This document shows, piece by piece, positions 18,954-29,925 of a DNA stretch of 64,000 bases. The DNA is taken from NCBI GenBank assembly GCA_963707655.1, contig OY970172.1, positions 96,001 through 160,000 of the forward strand, in the 5' to 3' direction. Made by a program: the position numbers and the translations under genes. Position 1 is the first letter of the stretch, and every line of letters starts with the position of its first letter. Source of the DNA: an uncultured bacterium (GTDB lineage: Bacteria; Babelota; Babeliae; Babelales; Vermiphilaceae). The notes beneath the pieces are model-generated. The model was not told the origin of the DNA and did not search any database. It was given only the letters and a program-made list of their open reading frames with translations.

Positions 18954-21900
18954 ATGTCTCAATTGCACATGGGCAAAAGCAATATTCGTAAATTGTTTGG
19001 CAGTATTAAAGATATTGCGCCAGTTCCTAATTTAATCGAAATACAATCTTCATCTTTTAATGATTTTGTGCAATTGGATTACTTGCCGGAAGAGCGTCAG
19101 CTTATAGGGCTTGAAAAGGTATTGCGTGACGTATTCCCTATAGAATACAACGATAAAATGTCTTTAGAGTATGTCAGCTATGAGTTGGGTAGCTGGGCGT
19201 GTACCTGCGGCAAGTTGACTGGTATAGAAAATCGATACCAGTGGAGTTGTTCTTCCTGCAAAAAATCAGGGTGTTCTCGCCTAAGCAGTGATTTAGCATG
19301 TCCTTCATGCAGTAAAAAAACAGCCCGTTATAAAACATGTTCCAATTGTTTGTCGCGCGTTGCCATTAAGCTAGCTATGAATCTTGATGAATGTCGTTCT
19401 AACGGACAGACATTTTCTATGCCGTTAAAGGTAAAGATTCAGTTGATGAGCTGGTCTCTTGATTCTGCGGGTAAAAAAATTATTCACGATATCAAAGAGC
19501 AAGATATCTTTTTTGCAGATGTTCCCGTAATGGCCGATTTGTATGAAGAAGCAGATCGTTTTAAAGTGGGTAATCTTGGCACATTCCTCATTAATGGTGT
19601 TGACCGTGTAATTGTGAGTCAGCTGCACCGTTCTCCGGGTGTTGTGTTTTCTCAAAGCAAAAAAGTCAAAGATTTTCGCGATCGGCCTTATTACATAGCT
19701 CGTATTATTCCAATGCGTGGCTCTTGGCTTGATTTTGAATTTGATAGCAACGATTACTTGTATGTGCGAGTTGATAAGAAGAAAAAGCTTCTTGTTACTA
19801 CATTGTTACAAGCACTTGGCTTTGCGCGCGATCAAATTATGTCACTATTTTATGATTTTGAAACTATTCATTGGGAAAATGGTTCATTTTCTAGAAAAGT
19901 TGATGCGAGCCTTATTGGGCGACGTGTTGAAAAGGGTATGCTTCCTGAGAAAGAAGAAAAAATGCTCTTGGGCAAGCGTATTACCAAAGACACTATTGCT
20001 CGTTTATTGAAAGACGATATTGAGTATCTTCCTCTCCGTTCAGCTAGTTTAGTTAATCGAGTTTTTGCAAAAGACGTGATTGATGAAAAGACCGGAGAAA
20101 TTTTAGTTGAGCAGGGTCGTGTCTTTACTGAAGAGCTGCAGCAATTCTTCAGTACTTTCAAAAAAATTAATTTTGAACTTATTCAATCATCTGGTTATGT
20201 ATTCCAGCCAACCATAGCTATGACTTTGACGCAAGATCGTTCACTTACACAAGACGAAGCGCTTAAAGATGTACATGCAAAAATTTGGCCTGGTGATAGC
20301 GCATCGCTGCAAGAAATTAAAGAGCGCTTAGAAGCTCTCTTTTTCAACAATAAATTGTATGATTTGACGAGAGTTGGTCGTATTCGCATGAATCGCAAAC
20401 TCGGTCTTTCTGTACAAGAAAATCTTACCGTGCTTACCAAAGAAGATATTATTGCCACTATTCGTTATTTAGTTAATTTACGTGAACGTGGTGAAGGTGA
20501 GCTCGATGATATCGATCATTTGGGTAATAGACGAGTGCGTCTCGTTGGAGAATTGCTTACCAATCAAGTTTATCTTGGATTTTTGCGTATCGAGCGTATT
20601 ATTCGTGAGCGTTTCAGAATGCAAGAACCGCATGGCGCCTTAATGCCACAAGATTTCTTAAACGTTAAGCCATTGAGCGCGGTCATGCGTGAATTCTTCG
20701 GCATGGGACAGCTTTCTCAGTTTATGGACCAAACAAATCCACTTTCAGAAATTGCTCATAAACGTCGTCTCTCAGCCCTCGGGCCCGGCGGTGTTCTTAA
20801 AGATAGAGCTACCTATGAAATTCGTGACGTCCACACTTCTCACTATGGTCGAATTTGTCCTATTGAAACCCCTGAAGGTCAAACTATTGGTTTGATTTCT
20901 TCACTTGCTACCTACGCAATGGTAAACGATCTTGGTTTTATTGAAACCGGCTACCGTCCTGTTAAAAACGGAACCATCAAAGATGAGGTTGTTTTCTTAG
21001 ACGCGTTTGAAGAGTCAGATCAATTCATTGCGCAAGCCGACAATGTGATGAAGGGTGACGCAAACAAATTAAATCAAAATAAAGTTTTTGCCCGCCATCA
21101 AGGCAACTTTATGTACGTTGACGAGGATAAGATTAGTTATATTGACTTATCTCCAAAGCAACTTGTTTCCGTTTCTTCTGCTCTGATTCCTTTCTTAGAG
21201 CATGACGACGCGAGTCGTGCATTAATGGGCGCCAACATGCAACGCCAAGCAGTTCCTTTGATCCAAAGCAATGCTCCTCTTGTGGGCACGGGTATGGAAA
21301 AAGAAATTGTGAAAGCGTCAGGCGCTGTTATTTTAGCTAAACGTACCGGTATAGTTACCTATGTTTCCTCTGAAAAAATTATCATTCAAGCGAATGAAGA
21401 AGAATTTGTAAATACAGAGGATTGGATTTCGCGTGCTATTGATACGTATTATCTGAGAAAATTTGAACGCTCAAGCTATAGAACATGGATTCATCACACA
21501 CCTATTGTGCGTTGTGGTGATAAAGTGAATGCTGGCGATGTTATAACCAACGGTCAAGCAATTGATTCTGGTGAATTAGCATTGGGAGCAAATCTTTTAG
21601 TTGCCTTCATGCCATGGCACGGTTACAACTTTGAGGATGCGATTGTTTTAAATAAACGATTGGTTTCTGGCGATGTACTTACTTCAGTACATATTGAAGA
21701 ATACATTGTTGATGCCCGTGATACCAAACTTGGGCCCGAAGAAATTACCCGTGATATTCCAAATGTCAGTGAAACTGCTTTAGAGGGTCTTGATGAAGAC
21801 GGTATCGTTCGTATCGGAACGCGAGTCAAGCCTGGTGATATTTTAGTTGGTAAAGTGACGCTGAAGGGTGATATTCAATATTCTCCAGAAGAAAAATTAT

Positions 21901-23282
21901 TACGTGCTATTTTTGGAGAAAAATCACGAGAAGTTCGCGATACCTCTTTGCGCGTGCAGCCAGGTGTTGAAGGTACTATTGTTGATGTTAAAATCTTCTC
22001 TCGTAGTGGTATCAGAAAAGATAAGCGCTATAAAGAAGAAGTAGCAAAGCAGGTTGCCAAGGCAGAAAAAGATCATAATGATCATGTATTCTTCCTCGAA
22101 AAAATGATTGCTACTAAAATTGGTACTTTGCTTCATGATAATAAGCCTGCTGCGGGAGTATCAAAAAAACTTATCGTTAACGGTGTGTTTGACAAAGAGA
22201 CAGTGCAGGCATTGCCATTGGCAGAAGTGTTTGGACTCAAGAGTGCGAACAAGAGCGTCAATGACGAGCTGAAGCAGTTCCAAGAGTTACATGAGACACA
22301 GCTGCGTGTTTTAGGTGGCTTGTTGGTAGAGCGTATTAATAATCTCAAGAAGGGGGATGTTCTTTCTTCTGGTGTTATTAAGATGGTGAAGGTCTATGTC
22401 GCCATGAAGCGCCCTATTTCTATCGGTGATAAACTTGCTGGTCGCCACGGTAATAAGGGTGTTGTATCAACTATCGTTCCTCGTGAAGATATGCCGTGTA
22501 TGGCTGACGGGACTCCTGTTGATATCGTGCTCAATCCGTTGGGTGTTCCTTCTCGTATGAACGTTGGTCAAATTTTAGAAACAACCTTGGGTCTTGCCGG
22601 TAAAAAATTGGGTGACCAATTACAAGAAATCATGGCAACACAAGGTTATGAACAGATTAAAGATCATTTAATTGATTGTTACGGTAAAGATATTATTAGT
22701 TCCTATGAAAAAGAATACGGCAAAGATAGCCTCATGGAACTCGCTCAGGCAACAGCACGCGAAGGGGTGAAATTTAAAACACCGGTCTTCGATGGTGCTA
22801 GCTTGAATGCGGATATTAAGCCATTGCTTAAAAAGCTTGATCTTCCTGAGTCAGGAGCGTTTAAATTGCGCGACGGAAGAACAGGAGAATTTATGGAGCA
22901 ACCTGTTGGCGTTGGTTCTATCTACATGATGAAACTGTACCACATGGTTGATGATAAATTGCATGCTCGTTCCGTTGGGCCATACTCTCTTGTTACGCAG
23001 CAGCCATTGGGTGGTAAAGCTCAATTGGGTGGTCAGCGACTTGGTGAAATGGAAGTCTGGGCTCTTGAGGCATATGGAGCTGCATATACATTGCAAGAAA
23101 TGTTGACCTATAAATCCGATGATGTTAGCGGTCGTCATAAGGTGTATGAAGCAATTGTCCGAGGCGAAGATGTTCCTGAGCCTGGTGTTCCAGAGTCTTT
23201 CAACGTCTTGATTAAGGAATTACAAAGTTTGGGGTTACAGGTGGATTTATTCAAGAGTGGCAAGGAGAAAGTCAATGAATAG
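18954..23282 (+). CDS. rpoB: DNA-directed RNA polymerase beta subunit, with a Cys-rich insertion
   Basis: SQLHRSPGV, SQFMDQTNPLSEIAHKRRLSALGPGG, GDKLAGRHGNKG, GQRLGEMEVWALEAYG; ATG at 18954 after GGAGG. Confidence 0.99.
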   Translation: MSQLHMGKSNIRKLFGSIKDIAPVPNLIEIQSSSFNDFVQLDYLPEERQLIGLEKVLRDVFPIEYNDKMSLEYVSYELGSWACTCGKLTGIENRYQWSCSSCKKSGCSRLSSDLACPSCSKKTARYKTCSNCLSRVAIKLAMNLDECRSNGQTFSMPLKVKIQLMSWSLDSAGKKIIHDIKEQDIFFADVPVMADLYEEADRFKVGNLGTFLINGVDRVIVSQLHRSPGVVFSQSKKVKDFRDRPYYIARIIPMRGSWLDFEFDSNDYLYVRVDKKKKLLVTTLLQALGFARDQIMSLFYDFETIHWENGSFSRKVDASLIGRRVEKGMLPEKEEKMLLGKRITKDTIARLLKDDIEYLPLRSASLVNRVFAKDVIDEKTGEILVEQGRVFTEELQQFFSTFKKINFELIQSSGYVFQPTIAMTLTQDRSLTQDEALKDVHAKIWPGDSASLQEIKERLEALFFNNKLYDLTRVGRIRMNRKLGLSVQENLTVLTKEDIIATIRYLVNLRERGEGELDDIDHLGNRRVRLVGELLTNQVYLGFLRIERIIRERFRMQEPHGALMPQDFLNVKPLSAVMREFFGMGQLSQFMDQTNPLSEIAHKRRLSALGPGGVLKDRATYEIRDVHTSHYGRICPIETPEGQTIGLISSLATYAMVNDLGFIETGYRPVKNGTIKDEVVFLDAFEESDQFIAQADNVMKGDANKLNQNKVFARHQGNFMYVDEDKISYIDLSPKQLVSVSSALIPFLEHDDASRALMGANMQRQAVPLIQSNAPLVGTGMEKEIVKASGAVILAKRTGIVTYVSSEKIIIQANEEEFVNTEDWISRAIDTYYLRKFERSSYRTWIHHTPIVRCGDKVNAGDVITNGQAIDSGELALGANLLVAFMPWHGYNFEDAIVLNKRLVSGDVLTSVHIEEYIVDARDTKLGPEEITRDIPNVSETALEGLDEDGIVRIGTRVKPGDILVGKVTLKGDIQYSPEEKLLRAIFGEKSREVRDTSLRVQPGVEGTIVDVKIFSRSGIRKDKRYKEEVAKQVAKAEKDHNDHVFFLEKMIATKIGTLLHDNKPAAGVSKKLIVNGVFDKETVQALPLAEVFGLKSANKSVNDELKQFQELHETQLRVLGGLLVERINNLKKGDVLSSGVIKMVKVYVAMKRPISIGDKLAGRHGNKGVVSTIVPREDMPCMADGTPVDIVLNPLGVPSRMNVGQILETTLGLAGKKLGDQLQEIMATQGYEQIKDHLIDCYGKDIISSYEKEYGKDSLMELAQATAREGVKFKTPVFDGASLNADIKPLLKKLDLPESGAFKLRDGRTGEFMEQPVGVGSIYMMKLYHMVDDKLHARSVGPYSLVTQQPLGGKAQLGGQRLGEMEVWALEAYGAAYTLQEMLTYKSDDVSGRHKVYEAIVRGEDVPEPGVPESFNVLIKELQSLGLQVDLFKSGKEKVNE

Positions 23283-26200
23283 TCGCATATTAGATCGCTT
23301 TAGAGAATATGTAAGCGTTACTCAATTTAATGCGGTAAAAATTGGGCTTGCTTCTCCGGAAAAGATTAGATCTCTCTCCTACGGGGAAGTGAAGAAGATA
23401 GAAACAATTAACTATCGTACGCTTAAACCTGAGCGTGATGGTCTTTTCTGTGCTCGCATTTTTGGTCCCGTTAAGGATTGGGAATGTAACTGTGGTAAAT
23501 ACAAGCGCATGAAGCATCGCGGTGTTACCTGTGAAAAATGTGGTGTTGAAGTGATTCAATCCCGTGTTCGCAGAGAACGCATGGGTCATATAGAACTGGT
23601 CTCTCCTGTGTGCCACATTTGGTATCTTAAGGGAATCCCAAGTTACTTAGGGCTTATTCTTGATATGCCGGTTAAAGATCTTGAACGAGTTATCTATTTT
23701 GATGCTTATATTGTAATCAATCAAGGTAAATCTCCTTATCCAAGAAAAACATTATTGAATAATCTTGAGTATGAAAATTATAAAGATGCTCATCCTGAAG
23801 ATTTTGATTTTACGGTTGAAATAGGGGCTGAAGCAATCAATCAAATGTTGAAGATGATTGATCTTAAGCTTGAAATCAGTATTTTGAATGATGAATACGC
23901 AAAAACATCATCAGTCGCTATTCGCCATAAGATTATGCGTCGCATAAAAATGATGACAAGTTTGGATGAAGCTAAGCTAAGTCCAAGCTGGATGATTATG
24001 ACAATATTGCCGGTTTTACCGCCAGATTTGCGCCCGTTGGTACCTCTTGAAGGTGGACGCTTTGCGAGCTCCGACCTTAATGAGTTGTATCGTCGCGTGT
24101 TAAATCGCAATATTCGTCTGCAGCGCTTGATCGAAATCGAAGCTCCTTCGGTGATTATAAAAAATGAAAAGCGCATGTTGCAAGAAGCAGTTGATGCTCT
24201 TATTGATAATGGTAGACGCGGTCAGCCGGTTCGTGGTTCAAATCGTCGTACCCTGAAATCATTGAGCGAAATGCTTCGTGGTAAACAAGGTCGTTTCCGT
24301 CAGAACTTGCTCGGTCGACGTGTTGATTACTCAGGTCGTTCCGTTATTGTGGTTGATCCAGAATTGCGTATGAATCAGTGCGGATTACCAAAAGCGATGG
24401 CACTTGAACTTTTCAAATCATATGTCTTGGCCGGTTTGTTAGAGCGTGAATTGGCGCCTAATTTGCGTGTTGCCAAACGCATGGTAGAAGAGTTGTCACC
24501 AGAAGTGTGGGATGTGCTTGAAGAAGTGGTTAAAAATAGACCGGTTCTTCTTAATCGCGCACCAACATTGCATCGTCTTGGTATTCAAGCGTTTTATCCA
24601 ATTTTAGTGGATGGTAAAGCTATTAAAATCCATCCATTGGTTTGTTCCGCTTTTAACGCTGACTTTGATGGTGACCAGATGGCTGTTCACTTACCACTTA
24701 GTAAGAAAGCGCAAGAAGAAAGTCACGAGTTAATACTTTCAACCCAAAATATTTTAGCACCGTCTAACGGGCGCCCGGTTACCGTTCCTTCTCAGGACAT
24801 GGTTCTTGGATTGCACTATATGACCAAAGTTCGTCTTGGTGGTTTGGGAGAAGGTATTACTTTTTCTAACGTGAAAGAAGTCATTACTGCATATCAGTGC
24901 GAACAGGCTTCCTTGCACACGAAAATCAATCTTCGTCTCTATAATGAAATTATTGAGACCACAGTGGGACGCGTATTGCTCTTTGAAGCATTGCCAGAGG
25001 GATCTGAGTTCCATTGGATCAATAAAATTATGAAGCGCAGTGACGTAGTCAAATTGATTGAGAAAATTTACTACCGCTTTGGAAGCGCTTCAACGGTTGC
25101 GTGTTTAGATAAAGTGAAAAAACTTGGTTTCTATCACTCTACAATCGGCGGTATTTCTATCTCTATTAATGATTTGGTAATACCAAAACATAAGGATGAT
25201 ATTGTACATCGCGCTGAAAAAGAAGTTGAAAAAGTTGAACAACTTTATATGGACGGTGTGATCACTAACGGTGAGCGCCACAATAAAGTAGTGAGCATTT
25301 GGTATCAAGCTACTGCCGACGTAGCAAGCGATATGGCCAAAGAACTCGAAAGCCAGGACAGAGCTTCATTTATGAATGAAGATCATGCATTTAATCCATT
25401 TAATCCAATCTTTATGATGTTGGATTCTGGTGCTCGTGGTTCTAAGGATCAGATTAAGCAGTTGGTTGGTATGCGTGGTATGATGGCAAAGCCAAGTGGT
25501 GAAGTTATGGAAACACCGGTTAAATCGAACTTCAAGTCTGGTTTGAGCGTGTTTGAATACTTTATTTCTACCCACGGTGCTCGTAAAGGTCAAGCGGATA
25601 CCGCGTTGAAAACAGCAAACTCCGGTTATTTAACCCGTCGTTTAGTTGATGTTGCTCAAGATGTCGTCATTACTATTGATGATTGCAAAGCTCTTGGTTA
25701 CGTTGAAATTGAATCGTTAAAAGAGTCGGGCGATGTTATCTATCCATTGGCAGGAAGAACATTCGGACGCGTACTTGCATCAGATGTTAAAGATCCGGTG
25801 TCAGGCGAGCTGCTCTTTAGACAAGGACATATTATAAGTCGCGAAGATATTATTAAAATTGCTGATTCTGCAGTTACTAAAATAGGCTTGCGCTCTGTAT
25901 TAACATGTCAAGCTAAACACGGAGTTTGTGCTCAGTGTTATGGTTATGATTTGTCTAAAGGTGCCGTTGTTGATGTTGGAACTACCGTTGGTATTATTGC
26001 TGCGCAATCGATCGGTGAACCGGGAACACAGCTTACTATGAGAACTTTCCACATCGGGGGTACCGCAAGTGGTTTGGCTGAACAGCCATTCTTTGTGGCT
26101 AAACAAGATGGTATTGTTGAGTGGCGTGGTATTCGTGTCGTAAAAAATGCTCAGGGACAAATGTTAGTGGTGAGTCGTAAGGCAAAGCTGCTTATTGTTT

Positions 26201-27381
26201 CAAAAGATGGTCGCGAATTACAGCGTCATGATCTTGAGTATGGTTCATTGATTCATGTTGAAGATAAACAAGAAATTAAAATGGGTACCCGTCTTGCAGA
26301 GTGGGATCCAAACAGTAAGATATTGGTAACTGAAAAGAGCGGTTCTGTTAAATTTGTTGATTTGATCGAAAATGTCACGGTTCGTGAACGTTTTGATGAA
26401 GCAACCAATAAATCGAACTATATCATTCTTGAAAATCGTAACGAGCAACACCAGCCGGCTATTGCTATTGTTGGTGATGATGGTGAGGAAGCTATTTACT
26501 ACCTACCAGCGGGCTCTTATTTGACCGTGAATGAAAAGCAAAAAGTTCATGTGGGAGATATTCTTGTTAAGACACCACGTGAAGTATCGAAAACCAAAGA
26601 TATTACCGGTGGTTTACCACGTATTGCAGAACTCTTTGAAGCGCGTGCGCCAAAAGATCCGGCAATTATTGTAGATATCGATGGTGAGATTGTCTTCGGC
26701 GGTTTACACCGTGGCTTGAGAAAAGTGAGTGTTGTTGCGGGAACGGAAACATTTGATTACTTTATTCCACGTGGTAAGCAGTTGAACGTCGCTAACGGTG
26801 ACCGTGTAAATGCGGGAGATCGTTTGACATCAGGGGTTCCTGTATTGCATGATATGCTACGCATCCTTGGTGCAGATACCGTACAAAAATATCTTGTTGA
26901 TCAAATTCAAGAAATTTATCGCTTGCAGGGCATTGACATTAACGATCGACATATCGAAGTAATTGTTCGTCAAATGATGCGCAAGGTGCGTATTGTTGAA
27001 CAAGGCGATACTGATTTCTTGATTGGAGATCGTGTTGATCGTATTCACTTCCAGACGGTGAATTCGTTGTTGAGAGCAGAAGGTAAAAAAGTTGCGGTGG
27101 CAAAACCTATTCTTATGGGTATTACACAAGCATCGTTGGGAACCGAAAGCTTTATCTCGGCAGCGTCTTTCCAGGAAACCACCCGTATTTTAGCGGAAGC
27201 TGCAATTTCAGGTGGGGTAGATTATCTCTATGGGTTGAAAGAAAATGTAATTGTCGGTAAATTGATCCCGGCAGGTACCGGTATAGCTTCTTTCAAACAA
27301 AAATACTTGGGAGATGGTCTTTCCGATCTTGAAAGACAAGCGCAAGAAGAAGAAATGAAAGAGCGACGAGTTGCCGCATAA
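23275..27381 (+). CDS. rpoC: DNA-directed RNA polymerase beta' subunit
   Basis: NADFDGDQM catalytic motif, N-terminal Zn finger, GEPGTQLTMRTFH; ATG at 23275 overlaps the rpoB end. Confidence 0.99.
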   Translation: MNSRILDRFREYVSVTQFNAVKIGLASPEKIRSLSYGEVKKIETINYRTLKPERDGLFCARIFGPVKDWECNCGKYKRMKHRGVTCEKCGVEVIQSRVRRERMGHIELVSPVCHIWYLKGIPSYLGLILDMPVKDLERVIYFDAYIVINQGKSPYPRKTLLNNLEYENYKDAHPEDFDFTVEIGAEAINQMLKMIDLKLEISILNDEYAKTSSVAIRHKIMRRIKMMTSLDEAKLSPSWMIMTILPVLPPDLRPLVPLEGGRFASSDLNELYRRVLNRNIRLQRLIEIEAPSVIIKNEKRMLQEAVDALIDNGRRGQPVRGSNRRTLKSLSEMLRGKQGRFRQNLLGRRVDYSGRSVIVVDPELRMNQCGLPKAMALELFKSYVLAGLLERELAPNLRVAKRMVEELSPEVWDVLEEVVKNRPVLLNRAPTLHRLGIQAFYPILVDGKAIKIHPLVCSAFNADFDGDQMAVHLPLSKKAQEESHELILSTQNILAPSNGRPVTVPSQDMVLGLHYMTKVRLGGLGEGITFSNVKEVITAYQCEQASLHTKINLRLYNEIIETTVGRVLLFEALPEGSEFHWINKIMKRSDVVKLIEKIYYRFGSASTVACLDKVKKLGFYHSTIGGISISINDLVIPKHKDDIVHRAEKEVEKVEQLYMDGVITNGERHNKVVSIWYQATADVASDMAKELESQDRASFMNEDHAFNPFNPIFMMLDSGARGSKDQIKQLVGMRGMMAKPSGEVMETPVKSNFKSGLSVFEYFISTHGARKGQADTALKTANSGYLTRRLVDVAQDVVITIDDCKALGYVEIESLKESGDVIYPLAGRTFGRVLASDVKDPVSGELLFRQGHIISREDIIKIADSAVTKIGLRSVLTCQAKHGVCAQCYGYDLSKGAVVDVGTTVGIIAAQSIGEPGTQLTMRTFHIGGTASGLAEQPFFVAKQDGIVEWRGIRVVKNAQGQMLVVSRKAKLLIVSKDGRELQRHDLEYGSLIHVEDKQEIKMGTRLAEWDPNSKILVTEKSGSVKFVDLIENVTVRERFDEATNKSNYIILENRNEQHQPAIAIVGDDGEEAIYYLPAGSYLTVNEKQKVHVGDILVKTPREVSKTKDITGGLPRIAELFEARAPKDPAIIVDIDGEIVFGGLHRGLRKVSVVAGTETFDYFIPRGKQLNVANGDRVNAGDRLTSGVPVLHDMLRILGADTVQKYLVDQIQEIYRLQGIDINDRHIEVIVRQMMRKVRIVEQGDTDFLIGDRVDRIHFQTVNSLLRAEGKKVAVAKPILMGITQASLGTESFISAASFQETTRILAEAAISGGVDYLYGLKENVIVGKLIPAGTGIASFKQKYLGDGLSDLERQAQEEEMKERRVAA

Positions 27382-27404
27382 AAAGCTAAACAACATTGGA
27401 TAGC

Positions 27405-27480
27405 AGGCGCGTAGCTCAGCTGGTAGAGCACTGCTTTGACGTAGCAGGGGTCAGCGGTTCAAGTCCGCTCGCGCCTACCA
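27405..27480 (+). tRNA. tRNA-Val (GAC)
   Basis: 76-nt cloverleaf AGGCGCG...CGCGCCT-ACCA, anticodon loop TTGACGT. Confidence 0.95.
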
Positions 27481-27527
27481 AGATATGGTGTAGTTGTAGT
27501 TATTAAATAAAAAGTTAGGTTATAAAA

Positions 27528-27803
27528 ATGGCAATAACAAAAGAAAAAAAACAGAATATTATGAAAAATTTCGGTATCAATGCTGAAGATACCGGCTCAG
27601 CACAAGTGCAAGTTGCTTTATTGACTGAGCGTATCAGCGATCTTACGGGACATTTGAAGAAAAATATTCATGATTTCTCTTCAAAACGCGGTTTGCTTAA
27701 AATGGTTGCGAGAAGACGTAAACTTTTGCAATATTTAGAATCAACCGATCAAGCACTTTATAATACAATTATTAAGCGTCTTGAACTTAAAAAAATAAAT
27801 TAA
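27528..27803 (+). CDS. rpsO: 30S ribosomal protein S15
   Basis: DTGSAQVQVALLTERI, DFSSKRGLLKMV. Confidence 0.97.
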   Translation: MAITKEKKQNIMKNFGINAEDTGSAQVQVALLTERISDLTGHLKKNIHDFSSKRGLLKMVARRRKLLQYLESTDQALYNTIIKRLELKKIN

Positions 27804-27832
27804 AGAATATTACTTCGAGAGTTATATAGGTT

Positions 27833-29914
27833 ATGGTAAAAACATTTCATTTGCCGGAATTCGGCTATAAAGTAGAACTTGGTAAGTTTGCGCACCAAGC
27901 TGATGGTGCAGTTTGGATTCAGCAAGGGGGAACTGTTGTTCTTGCAACGGTAGTCTCTGCCGAGTCAAAAGATTTTCCTGGGTTTTTACCATTGACCGTA
28001 GAATATCGTGAGTGGTTTTCTGCAGCAGGTAAAATTCCCGGTGGTTATTACAAACGAGAAGGTAAACCAACAGACAAGGAAGTGCTAACCGGCCGTTTAA
28101 TAGACCGCGCCATGCGTCCCTTGTTCCCTGCTGATTATTTTAATCAAGTACAAGTAGTGACCAGTGTCTATTCTGTTGACAAAGAAAATGCACCGGCAAC
28201 ACTTGGTTTCATTGCTTCATCTCTTGCTTTGTCTATATCAAAAATCCCGTTCATGGGGCCACTTGGTTTAGTAGAAGTAGCTCGTTTGGATGGGCAATGG
28301 ATTTTGTGCCCAACATATCCACAAAGCATGGCATCAGACATTCGTTTGACTATTGCGGGTACACAAGAAGGCATTTGTATGGTTGAAGGATCAGCCAATG
28401 AAATGTCCGAAGAAGAATTTATTGATGTTATGTTTAAAGCGCATGAAAAAATTAAAGCGCAAATAGCATGGCAAAATCAAATTCAAAAAGAAGTTGGCGT
28501 TGCTAAGAAACAAGCAGAATTTAGCTTTGACTGGTCGGCATGGAATGAAAAGATTGAAGCTTTTCTTACTCATGATCGCGTTAAATCAATATATCTTGCT
28601 GATAAAATAGAGCGCAATGAAGCACTTTCTGCTTTGCAAGAAGAATTTGTCAAAGAAAATGAAGAAGCTGTTGCCGCAGATGAACTGCCAACGAAAGTAG
28701 TTGATTATATTTTTGATCAAAAACTACAGAAAAAAATTACCGAACTTATCTTTGAATTGAATAAGCGTGTTGATGGTCGTGCATCTGACCAAATTCGCGC
28801 TATCAGTACCGAAGTAGGGCTTTTGCCATGCACTCATGGTTCTGCGCTCTTCAATAGAGGTCGCACCCAAGCATTGGTGAGCGTTACTCTTGGCGGTGGC
28901 CAGGATGAGCAGAAGATTGAAGGCATCATGTCAGATGATGCTACTGATGGTAACTTTATGTTGCATTACAATTTCCCGCCCTTCTCTGTTGGTGAAGCGC
29001 GTCCTATGCGTGGCCCGGGAAGACGAGAAATTGGTCATGGGTATTTAGCTGCTTCTGCGCTTCGCTCAATGTTGCCAAGCAAAGAACAATTTCCTTATAC
29101 CATTCGTGTTGTTGCTGACATGTTAGAATCAGATGGTTCAACTTCTATGGCAACTACATGCGGTGCGACGATGGCATTAATGCAGGCCGGCGTTCCTATC
29201 AAAAAAATGGTCAGCGGTGTTGCTATGGGCTTGCTCAAAAGCGCTAACGGCAAATTTATGGTGCTATCCGACATTTCCGGCTTTGAAGATGCATTTGGTT
29301 TAATGGATTTCAAGGTTACCGGAACTGAAGATGGTATTACCGCAATTCAGATGGATATTAAATACAAAGGCGGATTCTCTCGCGAAGTCTTTGAAGCTGC
29401 TCTTGCACAAGCTAAAAAAGGTCGTATCCATATTTTAGGCGAAATGCGTAAAGTAATGACCGAGCCTAATAAAGAGCTGTCAGACTTGGTGCCTAAACTT
29501 GTCACCGTGAAAGTGCATACCGATAAAATCGGCGCTATTATCGGTACAGGTGGTAAGGTTATCCGTGAAATTACTGAAAAAACCAAAACAAGCATCGATA
29601 TTGAACCAGATGGTTTGGTTAAGATTTTTGGTGGCCCCGATGCAGATCTTCCAACAGCAATTAATTGGGTGAAAACATTGGGCGGTCAAATTGAGGCGGG
29701 CGCACAATATGAAGGGCCTATCAGAAAAGTGGCGGAATTTGGCCTCTTTGTTGAATTGGTTCCCGGTGTTGATGGCTTGGTGCACGTATCAAATATTCCA
29801 AAACATAAACAACGTAGCTTTGCCCAAGAATATAAAGTTGGGGATGTCGTTAAGGTTGAAGTGTTGGAATATGATGAAAGCACTGGCCGCGTACGTCTAC
29901 GCTTGATTGAGTAA
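27833..29914 (+). CDS. pnp: Polyribonucleotide nucleotidyltransferase (PNPase)
   Basis: FLPLTVEYRE, KIPGG, RREIGHG, MDFKVTGT, KH and S1 domains. Confidence 0.97.
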   Translation: MVKTFHLPEFGYKVELGKFAHQADGAVWIQQGGTVVLATVVSAESKDFPGFLPLTVEYREWFSAAGKIPGGYYKREGKPTDKEVLTGRLIDRAMRPLFPADYFNQVQVVTSVYSVDKENAPATLGFIASSLALSISKIPFMGPLGLVEVARLDGQWILCPTYPQSMASDIRLTIAGTQEGICMVEGSANEMSEEEFIDVMFKAHEKIKAQIAWQNQIQKEVGVAKKQAEFSFDWSAWNEKIEAFLTHDRVKSIYLADKIERNEALSALQEEFVKENEEAVAADELPTKVVDYIFDQKLQKKITELIFELNKRVDGRASDQIRAISTEVGLLPCTHGSALFNRGRTQALVSVTLGGGQDEQKIEGIMSDDATDGNFMLHYNFPPFSVGEARPMRGPGRREIGHGYLAASALRSMLPSKEQFPYTIRVVADMLESDGSTSMATTCGATMALMQAGVPIKKMVSGVAMGLLKSANGKFMVLSDISGFEDAFGLMDFKVTGTEDGITAIQMDIKYKGGFSREVFEAALAQAKKGRIHILGEMRKVMTEPNKELSDLVPKLVTVKVHTDKIGAIIGTGGKVIREITEKTKTSIDIEPDGLVKIFGGPDADLPTAINWVKTLGGQIEAGAQYEGPIRKVAEFGLFVELVPGVDGLVHVSNIPKHKQRSFAQEYKVGDVVKVEVLEYDESTGRVRLRLIE

Positions 29915-29925
29915 CTTCTTTTTAT

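Noticed and set aside
18954..29914. Many 60-110 aa antisense or out-of-frame ORFs inside rpoB, rpoC and pnp (similarly in murA, trmD and others)
   Set aside because: Shadow ORFs of strongly conserved genes with no motifs or independent start signals
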